Assembly (NCBI GenBank): GCA_039799905.1
Contig: JBDLRP010000036.1
Location: 32,001-96,000, forward strand
Length of the DNA stretch: 64,000 nucleotides
Source of the DNA: Pseudomonadota bacterium
GTDB taxonomy: Bacteria > Bdellovibrionota_B > Oligoflexia > Silvanigrellales > Silvanigrellaceae
Direction of reading: 5' to 3'
Shown: one piece after another, positions 32,670 to 42,018 of the stretch
Numbering within the stretch: position 1 is the first letter of the stretch
Layout: each line of letters opens with the position of its first letter
Made by a program: the position numbers and the translations under genes
Notes under the pieces: generated by a model
What the model saw: the letters and a program-made list of their open reading frames with translations, nothing else
What the model was told of the DNA's origin: nothing
Database searches by the model: none

Positions 32670-34216
32670 GCGAGTTCAACGGATCTGCGAAATTCACCCG
32701 TCTTTATAGTTTCACACAGCAATTCGATGTCCACATGAAGCGAGCGATCGACGTCCATTGAGGCTGAGCGTTTGCGGATGAAGTCATATGCGGCGCGGAC
32801 CCCCAATCCTCCCTGTTGTGGCGTATGAAATTCCAAGCCCTGAGCTGCGGCCAAAGATTCAATCGCCAGAACTCGCGCAGTATTTTCCAACACTCTTTGT
32901 AGCTTCAATGCGGAGGTCATTCCCATGCTGACGTGGTCTTCTTGCTCTGCAGAAGTTGGAATGCTGTCCACTGAGGCTGGGTGGCAATGGACCTTGTTTT
33001 CGCTGACGAGCGAAGCGGCAACGACATGGGGAATCATAAACCCTGAGTTGAGCCCTGAATTCTTCATCAGAAATGCCGGCAGTCCGCTCATGTGAGGATT
33101 GACGAGCTTATCGATGCGCCGCTCGGCGATACTGGCGATTTCTGCGATGGCGATGGCGAGGTAGTCGAGGACCATTGCAACTGGCTCGCCGTGGAAGTTG
33201 CCTCCGCTTAAAATTTCGTCTGATTCAGGGAAAACCAGCGGGTTGTCGGTGCTGGAATTGGCCTCCGTCAAAAGCGTATCTAATACATGGTTAAACGCGT
33301 TGCGAGCCGCACCGTGCACCTGCGGGGCGCATCGGAAAGAGTACGGGTCTTGAACTTTCTTGCACGCAGCGTGGCTGAGGCGGATGCCGTCGTCTGCGAG
33401 AACACTACGCATATTGGCAGCAGCCTGCTGCTGTCCTTTGTGTGGACGGACGGCCTGAATTTCTTCACGAAAGGCGGTTGCGGTGCCAAGCGTCGCGTCC
33501 AGCGCCATGGCAACTGTGATATCGGCCGTGCAAAGCAACTGCTCAGCTGTGTCACATGCTAGCAGTCCGATAGCGGTCATCACCTGGGTTCCGTTGATGA
33601 GTGAGAGACCTTCCTTGGGTTCCGGCGACAAAGGGGGCTGCTTGAGTTGTGAAAGGACCTCTGCGGTTGCCTGTATCTTGCCATTCCATTCCACCTGACC
33701 TTCGCCGATCAGGGCAAGCGCCAAGTGCGCAAGCGGCGCGAGGTCGCCGCAAGCACCGACTGAGCCCTGGCTTGGAACGACAGGATGGATTTTGTTGTTA
33801 AGGAAAAACTGCATTTGCCGGAGTGTCGCTTCGCGGACTCCCGAATTTCCGCGCAGCATGGTCTGAAGGCGGAGGACCATGATTGCCCTGACCACCTCCT
33901 GAGGCAGTGGAGCACCAACGCCGCAGGCATGTGATCGGATAAGGTTGAGTTGGAGCTGGGAGAGCTGATCCGCAGGTATGCGGACGGCTGCGAGGGCGCC
34001 GAAACCTGTATTGATGCCGTAAAAAGTATCTCCACTCTGGAGTCGTGACTCGACACATTGTCGCGAGCGGCTAACGGCAACCAGCGCTTGTTGGGAGAGC
34101 TCGACCTGAGCCCCGTGCCGCGCGATGTCGACCAATTGCCCTAGTGTCAGTCGGTCGCCTTCCAGAGTGATTTTTCTGCTCGATTGGGTGGCTTTGGAAT
34201 CGATGGTCTGTGACAT
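32648..34216 (-). CDS. hutH: Histidine ammonia-lyase
   Basis: YGINTGFG, QLNLIRSHACGVG (SH specificity pair), GSVGACGDLAPLAH (MIO loop), KEGLSLINGTQ, QDPYSFRC.PQVHGA, SGGNFHG, QEDHVSMG. Confidence 0.93.
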   Translation of the reverse strand: MSQTIDSKATQSSRKITLEGDRLTLGQLVDIARHGAQVELSQQALVAVSRSRQCVESRLQSGDTFYGINTGFGALAAVRIPADQLSQLQLNLIRSHACGVGAPLPQEVVRAIMVLRLQTMLRGNSGVREATLRQMQFFLNNKIHPVVPSQGSVGACGDLAPLAHLALALIGEGQVEWNGKIQATAEVLSQLKQPPLSPEPKEGLSLINGTQVMTAIGLLACDTAEQLLCTADITVAMALDATLGTATAFREEIQAVRPHKGQQQAAANMRSVLADDGIRLSHAACKKVQDPYSFRCAPQVHGAARNAFNHVLDTLLTEANSSTDNPLVFPESDEILSGGNFHGEPVAMVLDYLAIAIAEIASIAERRIDKLVNPHMSGLPAFLMKNSGLNSGFMIPHVVAASLVSENKVHCHPASVDSIPTSAEQEDHVSMGMTSALKLQRVLENTARVLAIESLAAAQGLEFHTPQQGGLGVRAAYDFIRKRSASMDVDRSLHVDIELLCETIKTGEFRRSVELACGPLSI

Positions 34217-34284
34217 GCCTGCCTCTTTGAAGTTTCTTCAGGTCGTGGATAAACTCGATAGACACAACGGACAGGGGACATAAC

Positions 34285-36381
34285 ATGGCCTACAGGTCAC
34301 GCTCAAAATACACACCCGGCGGCGGTGTTCTCGCATTTTTTGAGCAGGTCTCACGATTCGTCTCACTGTCAGTCTTAGGCTGGGTTATCCTTTCCATCTT
34401 TCTTATCCTATTTGTGGCAGATGGAAAGATCACCGACTCTTTTGATTTGCGCTTGGTCAAAAGTGTTTTTACGGATTGGCAGCTTTTCGGAACTGCTGCG
34501 AGTCTTGTAGCGCTCAACGGAATCATTGGTGCGGTGATCGCAATTCCTGCGGCATTTGTGCTGCTTATGTCTCGGCAGTATCTCGATTACCATGCCGGAA
34601 GAACGTCCCGTCGTGGTGGAGCTATCAAAGCCAAACTTGTTCGTATGCTTCCCGTGGCGATTTTGATTTTGAGCCATCTGTCGGTTTTGTTTTTAAATTT
34701 GGTTTCGGCACCTCAGATCACCCGAAATTGGTTTCAAAAGGAAAGTCACTTTGCATCGATGACGGTCGGCAGTCATTTTGTTCTGACGTCGTTGACGAGG
34801 GCATCGTTTGACATGTCATCCGGCGTGGCAGGAAGACCCAACAGTGCACCGCAGAATGACGCCTTGAAGTCCGGCAGGCGTCTGACCGTCTTTATGATGC
34901 CAGCTGATTTTTTAGAGAGCGACGACTTCAAAGCCGAAATGGTCAAGTTGAAGGGTGCGCAGCGCATTCCCTTCATCATGTCACGGTCCAACCTGATCGA
35001 GCAGCTTGATTCGTTGTTTGCATCAAATAACAATCGGACTTTTGATTTGTTCAGAAGAGTTCTTGCAGCCCCGCATGAATACGGAAAACTTCAGAAAAGC
35101 AGCGGTTCGGATGTATTGCTTTCCTTGTCGCCTCAGGTTCGATTCGGAAGTCAGCCTCTTGGCCTTGCAGCGAATTCTCTGGCGGGCTTGAAAGAAAAGC
35201 TCTTTGTTTATGAAGCACAGCGTCGCCTGATTCTCTCACAATTTCAGATTTTTTCCGCACTTCGCCTGCTCGACGGACTTCCGTTTGTTGGACGGAATAT
35301 GGAATGGCTAGATTTGGTTTCCGATGATGTTGCGCGGATTCGACGCAGTGCGCGCTTGTCTTCTGAAAGCTTGAGTAATTCAAAGTCTCTGTCTGTGATT
35401 CAGCTTTCAGCTTTTGAAAGTCGTTTTTCAAGTATTCAAGCTCCCTTCCGGCCGTTGGGCTGGCCTGAGACAATATCCGGCTACGAGAAGCGCCTGATTA
35501 CGAAGAATATTGTCCGAGAGTTGACGCAATACCTGCACGACAGCGCAGCGAATGAAAACAGCCTGTGGGCGATTCTGCCGTATGCGGATGACAGACGCGT
35601 CAATCCAGTCAGCTACGCGCTTGTAAAGGAAAATATTGATCTAACTTCGAAATTGAATGAACGTCAGATGCAGACTTTCGGTTTGTTTGAAAATGAGTTG
35701 GGCCGATTGTTGGGTCAATTCGTGGATTCAGAACTCGCACCGGTGATGCCGGAAACCAACGCTCCAGGCGCAAAAAACAACTCTTCGGGAAAACTGAAGT
35801 TGATGTGTTCTGTGACTGAGGTGGACTCTGCGGGAGGTGATTTCCAATTTCAATCTTCGCAACAGCGTGAAAAAAGTCTGGGTGAGCTCTTGAATTCTTT
35901 ATCTCAGCTGCCGCTGGGTGACCTCGTTTTTTTGTCTAAAAAGTCTCTTAACTTGATTGCGCGTGACCCCGGTATCGGCTTTCTTTGTCGCACCGATCAG
36001 CAATCCATTGATGAGACTTATTTACTTAAATTTCAGGGGTATTCGAAGTTGACTGGAGTCAGCGAATTGCCCCCCTCAATCTTGGTTGCCAGAGGAAAAG
36101 GCTCTGCAGGCGGCGCTGCCCGTCAGCAGGGCGGAAAAGTCTCTGCTGCAACTTCTGATAAGTTGTCCACCCCGCGGCCATTCGATGAAGTCTATCTAGA
36201 ACGCGATGTGCTGAACGAGTTCCTATTGTTTCAACTTCAGCCTTCCGAGGCGACCACTGACTCACAAAAAGCTTTCGTTTGGCGATCTTTGGATGCGCGC
36301 GAGCAAGAGTTGTTTTTTTCGAAGTTCGAAATTGAGACGCTCAAAGTGATTGAAAATTTTGCCCGTGCGAGGATTCACTGA
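34285..36381 (+). CDS. Hypothetical inner-membrane protein (3-4 N-terminal TM helices, large soluble domain)
   Basis: 698-aa ORF with hydrophobic segments in the first 140 aa; SD-like AGGGGA; stop abuts the next ATG. Confidence 0.65.
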   Translation: MAYRSRSKYTPGGGVLAFFEQVSRFVSLSVLGWVILSIFLILFVADGKITDSFDLRLVKSVFTDWQLFGTAASLVALNGIIGAVIAIPAAFVLLMSRQYLDYHAGRTSRRGGAIKAKLVRMLPVAILILSHLSVLFLNLVSAPQITRNWFQKESHFASMTVGSHFVLTSLTRASFDMSSGVAGRPNSAPQNDALKSGRRLTVFMMPADFLESDDFKAEMVKLKGAQRIPFIMSRSNLIEQLDSLFASNNNRTFDLFRRVLAAPHEYGKLQKSSGSDVLLSLSPQVRFGSQPLGLAANSLAGLKEKLFVYEAQRRLILSQFQIFSALRLLDGLPFVGRNMEWLDLVSDDVARIRRSARLSSESLSNSKSLSVIQLSAFESRFSSIQAPFRPLGWPETISGYEKRLITKNIVRELTQYLHDSAANENSLWAILPYADDRRVNPVSYALVKENIDLTSKLNERQMQTFGLFENELGRLLGQFVDSELAPVMPETNAPGAKNNSSGKLKLMCSVTEVDSAGGDFQFQSSQQREKSLGELLNSLSQLPLGDLVFLSKKSLNLIARDPGIGFLCRTDQQSIDETYLLKFQGYSKLTGVSELPPSILVARGKGSAGGAARQQGGKVSAATSDKLSTPRPFDEVYLERDVLNEFLLFQLQPSEATTDSQKAFVWRSLDAREQELFFSKFEIETLKVIENFARARIH

Positions 36382-39333
36382 ATGTCGCGCCGTTCTGTTT
36401 TTAGAATAAATTTTTTTATCTCTCTGGCCGTGGTTGTTTTGCTGGTCTTGTCGGCCGCAGCGTGGCTAGTCAGCAAATATCCATGGCCTGTGCTGCATGC
36501 AGATTTCTCGCAAGCCAAAGAATCTGTTTTTTTGGGACACTGGCCCCAGCCTTCCATTGAAGAGGATAAGCAAGAGCGCAAAAAACTCCGTCGTTTCCCG
36601 AAGAGCGAACAGCAGCGCAGGCTCGGTATTATTTTGCGGCGCATGGATTATCTGAATGTTCCGATCTTTGATTTATTTTTGGATCAGGGAATTCAGTTTT
36701 TAACACCGGAAGTCCCTGTTGGTGCTTCGCCTGCCGTACCGTTGATTTGGCCATCACTGCCATCAAAGCGGCTTTTTGGAAGTGCGGAATCATCTCTCAG
36801 GGATGTGCGCTATATTGTGCTGCCAACCCCGTTTGGAGCGCAGTGTGTCGAGGGCATTCATCTGGTGGCCGGCGAAGAAATAAGAGTGAATCTCCCTCCG
36901 GCAAAAAATAAGAGAAATATCACTTTCAACGTCCTTCCGCTGGCTCCCTCGAACATGCGTGCTTGGATTGGGCAATTCAGTTGGGGCAGGCAGTTCAACG
37001 ATTCCGAAGTAAATAAGGTTCATTCCGTCTCGATTCCGGTCAATGATCCTGCCGCAACCATGTTACGTCTGAGCATGGGCAGCGGCAGCGTGCTGATGAC
37101 CTCCGGCTCAATTTCTCAGTGGGATCGAGTTGGTCGATTGCCTGTTCAGGTCGGCGAATCGAGTTCACTCTGGCGAACGGCAAACGAGAAGGTGTCTGTC
37201 GAGGAGGAAAGTAGTCAGGAAGTCGTTGCAGAAGAGGGTGGGGAAGAATCTCCTGCCATGCCTGCCAATACTCAATCTGCCGGCGTAAAGGTGGCAGAGA
37301 ATTCTGCTCCCGCCGCCATTCCAGCACAGGCGGGGAGTAAAGTCGCGACAAATGAAAAAGGCAAAAAGGATGGTTCAGAGTCAGAGAAGAAAACGACGGA
37401 AAAAAAGGTAAACCCGCTGGACGAATTGCTTGATCCTGAGTCCGTCAAATACAACAGCGTGATTGATGTGCCTGGTAGCGATTCTGTCGCTGTGGGTTAC
37501 AATGTTTTGTTCATTCAGCTGGATCCTGCATTGAATGAGGCGTTCTCCAATGAGGCGCAATTGGCTGAGTTGGCGCCCAGACTTCATTCGTTTCTACAAA
37601 ATTCTCTGAACATTCCAACTCAGATTCCCAATGTGTCTGCTGCTGAGTTGTTTCAGCATACAATCGTGCGACAGAACGCTGAGCTCATTCCGGTCGGGTT
37701 ACCTATTCTAACCAAAGATTTGCTTACTGGAAGCGGAGTTTTCAATCTGTATCAGGAGTTTAGAAACTACGGTTACAAGGTAGTCAGTTTTGCGCCCTCC
37801 AAAGCTCTTGCGCTGCCGGAGGCGCTCTCACGCGGGCATGAAATTCCGAGAGTTGACGGACGTTGGCTTGAACAGAACGACTGGAAATTTGTGGCGCGCA
37901 GGAAGGAACTTGATCAGCAGAATGAGCCTGTGACCGGGCTTGATGCAATATTTAAGAATGAACAGACTGCGTCTGTGCAAGCGATCTCAGAAACCGAGTT
38001 TAACAAGATGGCAGAAATGCTCGAGGGTCTTGAACGCTCCAGCGATGCTATCCCTGATTGGCGTGCCAATGAAATTGCTGTCATCAGTGACAATATGTTG
38101 TATCTGCCGCGTCTTGTTGACGGTTTTCAGCGCTGGATGAGGGAAAATACCCAGACGCGCTTTTTGGCTCATGTGTATTTGAACAACGATGACTGGGCAT
38201 TGCGTCCGTCGTTCAAGGATTTCCTCAAAGTTCTAAAGTACAAGAAGCTCAAAGCGTTGGCGTTTCCCGCGGTCAGCGATAAACTCGCGCGGATTGTGAT
38301 GCTGGACCGCGTGTTTGGCAATTTGATCGACACGTTGATTGCCCGTCGGACTTTTCATCGCACAGCGGTGGCGTTGATTTTGCCGTCCAACTCGGTTGGC
38401 CGTAAAGAACAAGCAGGGCGTTTGCTCGTCAGTGTTCCTGGTTTGAAAGGTCGCTCCCCAGCAGTCGCAACGAATTCCAGTTTCGATGATTCGCTGGCAA
38501 CGGTAGCGCAGATTGTTGGTGTTCAGCTCAATCAGTTTGACGTCAATGGGCGAAGAATTTTTAAGGGGCTGAGTCTTGAAGCGGTTAAAAGACAGCCGAC
38601 GCCCCCCAATCCTGCACAAATTGAAAAGGCATCTGCTTCTGGAAAGAAAAATGAGCTCGAAAAGCCCACTCAGGAAAGGAATTCCCAATCTCTGCAGAGT
38701 GACTCGGGCACACAGCAAAATTCAAACCAGCTGGGCGCAACTGTTCTTGCCGAGGGAGCATTGCCCGCGTCTGAAACGGCTGAAGCCTTGGGTCAATTGC
38801 AGCACGTCAGCCGCTTTCGGATGATTGTCCTTCCGCGTGCTGCGGGATGCCAGCCATTTGAGTGGACGGCGTCGTCCTCATACTTTGGGTTGGTATCGAG
38901 TCAGCCGATCGTTGAGGAGCCGCTCCCGCGCGGAAAGGTCATTCGTGTGTTTCCTTGCAGCCTGCGTGACCAAGTCATTGAGCTGAGCTGGTTCCAGAGT
39001 CATCTGGGCGCTCAGCAAACGAGTTTTTCCGCCCAGAACGTGAGTCAGTGGTTGGGCGGTTCGTTCCGACTCAATTCCGAAGCTTCAAGTGGTGAAACGC
39101 GTGACGCACCATTGTTTTTGGTTGGCCCGCAGGCGCTTGCGCTGGATTCTCTTCCGCTTCGATTGCAAAAGTTCTCTCCTCAGGAGATTCCTCTTGTCTT
39201 TGATGTGAGTCCAAACGCAGCTGCTGGAAGAGAAACACTGGCACGTGTTCTCAATCTGAGTTCGCAGATCCAGAGTCCACAGATGTCGGCACGGACACTG
39301 GTCTACTTTTTTAGAGAGCCAGTCCGCAGGTAG
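36382..39333 (+). CDS. Large membrane-anchored protein with degenerate sulfatase/alkaline-phosphatase-like domain
   Basis: 983 aa, one N-terminal TM; ordered remnants NVLFIQLD, LYQEFRNYGYKV, FLAHVYL, LDRVFGNLIDTL..T.V, LLVSVPG, DSLATVAQIVGV..GLSL; no CxPxR/SxPxR. Confidence 0.55.
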   Translation: MSRRSVFRINFFISLAVVVLLVLSAAAWLVSKYPWPVLHADFSQAKESVFLGHWPQPSIEEDKQERKKLRRFPKSEQQRRLGIILRRMDYLNVPIFDLFLDQGIQFLTPEVPVGASPAVPLIWPSLPSKRLFGSAESSLRDVRYIVLPTPFGAQCVEGIHLVAGEEIRVNLPPAKNKRNITFNVLPLAPSNMRAWIGQFSWGRQFNDSEVNKVHSVSIPVNDPAATMLRLSMGSGSVLMTSGSISQWDRVGRLPVQVGESSSLWRTANEKVSVEEESSQEVVAEEGGEESPAMPANTQSAGVKVAENSAPAAIPAQAGSKVATNEKGKKDGSESEKKTTEKKVNPLDELLDPESVKYNSVIDVPGSDSVAVGYNVLFIQLDPALNEAFSNEAQLAELAPRLHSFLQNSLNIPTQIPNVSAAELFQHTIVRQNAELIPVGLPILTKDLLTGSGVFNLYQEFRNYGYKVVSFAPSKALALPEALSRGHEIPRVDGRWLEQNDWKFVARRKELDQQNEPVTGLDAIFKNEQTASVQAISETEFNKMAEMLEGLERSSDAIPDWRANEIAVISDNMLYLPRLVDGFQRWMRENTQTRFLAHVYLNNDDWALRPSFKDFLKVLKYKKLKALAFPAVSDKLARIVMLDRVFGNLIDTLIARRTFHRTAVALILPSNSVGRKEQAGRLLVSVPGLKGRSPAVATNSSFDDSLATVAQIVGVQLNQFDVNGRRIFKGLSLEAVKRQPTPPNPAQIEKASASGKKNELEKPTQERNSQSLQSDSGTQQNSNQLGATVLAEGALPASETAEALGQLQHVSRFRMIVLPRAAGCQPFEWTASSSYFGLVSSQPIVEEPLPRGKVIRVFPCSLRDQVIELSWFQSHLGAQQTSFSAQNVSQWLGGSFRLNSEASSGETRDAPLFLVGPQALALDSLPLRLQKFSPQEIPLVFDVSPNAAAGRETLARVLNLSSQIQSPQMSARTLVYFFREPVRR

Positions 39334-39342
39334 TTTCTGCAA

Positions 39343-40152
39343 TCAGGATTTACGAAAGACGCGCCACGGGTTCCCCTGCTGCCGTGGTTTGATGATGATG
39401 TCGTCCAAGTTGATGTGTCGCGGTTGCCGCAGTGCGAAGAGAATGCTTTCAGCCACATCGCCCGCATCAAGCGATTCAACGCCCTGATAAACCGCGTTCG
39501 CGCGTTGATTGTCGCCGGAAAAGCGGACGAGGCTGAATTCCGTTTCAACCATGCCCGGCGAGACCATCATAACGCGAATTCCACTCTCAAGAGTTTCGAG
39601 CCGCAGCGCTTCGTGAAAAGCCCTGACGGCATGCTTGCTCGCGCAATAAACGGCTCCATTTTCATAGGAATGATGTGCTGCAACGCTAGAGAGCACGACT
39701 ATGTCACCGCTTTTTCTTGCACTCATTGCACGCGCAGCTCTGGCGCTCATCGTAAAGGCGGCGCTCACGTTGGTAGAAATCATTTCAGACCAGTCGGTTG
39801 TCACGGATTCGGTTATTTTTGCGAGGCCTTTTGCCAGCCCAGCATTGTTGATGAGAATGTCCGCCTCAAAGGCGCCGGCACTTTCCAAAACGTCAGCAGT
39901 GTCTTCGCGGGTTACGTCCTGCGGGAAGATTTTGATGCGCAGTTCAGGGAAATGGCTTTGCAATTCAATGCTCAGTTCGGCCAGTCGATCTTGCCGGCGG
40001 GCGACGAGGTAAAGGTGACAGCCCTCTTGAGCCAAGCGGGCAGCAACAGCAAGACCGATTCCTGAGGATGCTCCGGTGATGAGCGCAGTTTGTCCGCGCA
40101 GCGAGGTGCAGCGCGGGCGCAGGGCGTCGCTTATCAGTTTTCCGACCGACAT
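39343..40152 (-). CDS. Short-chain dehydrogenase/reductase, YdfG-like NADP-dependent
   Basis: TGASSGIG, ARR, LINNAGLA.G, YCASK (YxxxK), PGMVETEFS.VRF.GD. Confidence 0.9.
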   Translation of the reverse strand: MSVGKLISDALRPRCTSLRGQTALITGASSGIGLAVAARLAQEGCHLYLVARRQDRLAELSIELQSHFPELRIKIFPQDVTREDTADVLESAGAFEADILINNAGLAKGLAKITESVTTDWSEMISTNVSAAFTMSARAARAMSARKSGDIVVLSSVAAHHSYENGAVYCASKHAVRAFHEALRLETLESGIRVMMVSPGMVETEFSLVRFSGDNQRANAVYQGVESLDAGDVAESILFALRQPRHINLDDIIIKPRQQGNPWRVFRKS

Positions 40153-40164
40153 GACTGCTCGCCT

Positions 40165-42018
40165 TTATTGGATGGATTTAACGTATTGGTCTACCGCCTG
40201 TCGGAATAAAGACACACGCGATATACTTTGCTCGTAGGCCTTTTCAGGTCCGTCGTTTGTGGCCAGAGTGCAGACCGAAATATAAAATTTGATTTTAGGT
40301 TCCGTACCGCTCGGACGCATGGAGATTTTGCTGCCGTCTTCAAGCTCGAGTTGCAGAACATCGGATTTAGGTAACCCGTCGTAACGCTCGGCCTCTGCAA
40401 AAGAGCCGCCGCTGCGTGTGCGGCGAGCCTGCTGCTGGTAATCGTAAATTGTTTTGACCGGCGTACCCGCGAATTCATTGAGTGGATTTGTTCGCATGGC
40501 ATTCATAAGCCTGCCGATGCGCCGCGCGCCTTCTTCACCTTCGAGGTCGACGGTGATCAGATCTTCCTGCCATGCGCCATGCTTTTTGAAGAGTGCTAGG
40601 AGCCTTTCGCAGTGAGTGATTCCGCTGCTGCGGAACGATGCCGACATTTCAACGGCCTGACAAAGCGCGCCGATGCCGTCTTTGTCGCGCACGTAGTCAC
40701 CCGGCATGAATCCGAAGCTTTCCTCGGTGCCGAAAAGATACTTGCGATCCTTCATTCCAAGTCGTTCCCACTCGTTTACGACTCCTGCGATCCACTTGAA
40801 ACCTGTGAGTGTGTCGAGAATTTCAACACCATAACTATGGCAGATACGCGAATGCAGATCTGACGTCACAATGGTCTTGATGATTTTGTGTTCCGGCCGC
40901 AGTGTGCCGAGTTTTTTGCGGGTTGAAAGGATGTAGTCGATCAGCAGCGCGCCTGTCTGGTTACCGTTGAGAAAGACGTAATCGCCGAATGCTTGTGCTT
41001 TGAAAAGTCCGTTTGCAGCTTTTGGATCACGCACCACAAGCGCGAGTCGATCGGAATCGGGGTCGGTTGCGAGTACAATATCAGCATTGCGCTCGGCAGC
41101 CTGAGCAATTGCAATTTTGAGAGCCTGAGGCTCTTCCGGATTTGGCTTTTTAACGGTGGGGAAATGTCCGTCGGGCTTCGCCTGCTCTGGAACAATGTGA
41201 AGCTTATTGTATCCCCATTCAGCGAGAGCTCTTTTTGTCGGAGCGGCACCTGTGCCATGCAAGGGGGTATAAACGATGCTGACGTCTTTATTCAGGTCAG
41301 GTTCCAGCTGCAGTGACTTTACCTGTGCGAAGTAGGCATCAACTGTTTGTGGCGGAACCGGCCGGACGAGTCCTTTGCTGACGGCTTCCTGAAAAGAAAT
41401 ACTGCGCGCCTGCTGGTATTCTGTCAGTGCAAAAACTTCGGAAAGGATGGCCTTATCGTGGGGTGGCGTGATTTGCGCACCGTCATCCCAGTAGACTTTG
41501 TAGCCGTTGTACTGAGGAGGGTTGTGACTCGCTGTGATGCATAGTCCTCCCGTGCAGTGCAGATGACGGACCGCGAAAGACAGACAGGGTGTTGTCTGGA
41601 CCTCGTTGAACAGAAAGACCGGAATTTGATTTGCAGCGAGCACAGCCGCTGCCTGTTCGGCAAAGTATCTTGATGAAAGTCTGCTGTCGTAGGCAATGAC
41701 AACTCCACGCTCGGCGGACTTTTTACCTTGCTTGAGAATGTAGTTTGCGAATCCCTGTGTCGCTTTGCGGACAATCGGGCCGTTCATGCGGTTGCTTCCT
41801 GCCCCGACAACACCGCGCAAACCGCCGGTTCCGAATTCGAGTTCACGCCAGAAGCGCTCTCTCAGCTCGTCGTTTTGTTCATTGCGGACGAGTTCGATTA
41901 TTTCGCTCTTCGCTTCTACTTCAACACTCGGATCTTCCAGCCAGAGAGCGACGCGCTGGAAGCTTTCACCGAGAACTTTTTTGAGTGAATCCGGAAGTTG
42001 GTTGACGAGAGAACTCAT
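40165..42018 (-). CDS. pgm: Phosphoglucomutase/phosphomannomutase
   Basis: LEFGTGGLRG, TASHNP (phosphoserine), DPDSDR (metal), TGFKW, GTEES, RPSGTEPKIKFY. Confidence 0.92.
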   Translation of the reverse strand: MSSLVNQLPDSLKKVLGESFQRVALWLEDPSVEVEAKSEIIELVRNEQNDELRERFWRELEFGTGGLRGVVGAGSNRMNGPIVRKATQGFANYILKQGKKSAERGVVIAYDSRLSSRYFAEQAAAVLAANQIPVFLFNEVQTTPCLSFAVRHLHCTGGLCITASHNPPQYNGYKVYWDDGAQITPPHDKAILSEVFALTEYQQARSISFQEAVSKGLVRPVPPQTVDAYFAQVKSLQLEPDLNKDVSIVYTPLHGTGAAPTKRALAEWGYNKLHIVPEQAKPDGHFPTVKKPNPEEPQALKIAIAQAAERNADIVLATDPDSDRLALVVRDPKAANGLFKAQAFGDYVFLNGNQTGALLIDYILSTRKKLGTLRPEHKIIKTIVTSDLHSRICHSYGVEILDTLTGFKWIAGVVNEWERLGMKDRKYLFGTEESFGFMPGDYVRDKDGIGALCQAVEMSASFRSSGITHCERLLALFKKHGAWQEDLITVDLEGEEGARRIGRLMNAMRTNPLNEFAGTPVKTIYDYQQQARRTRSGGSFAEAERYDGLPKSDVLQLELEDGSKISMRPSGTEPKIKFYISVCTLATNDGPEKAYEQSISRVSLFRQAVDQYVKSIQ

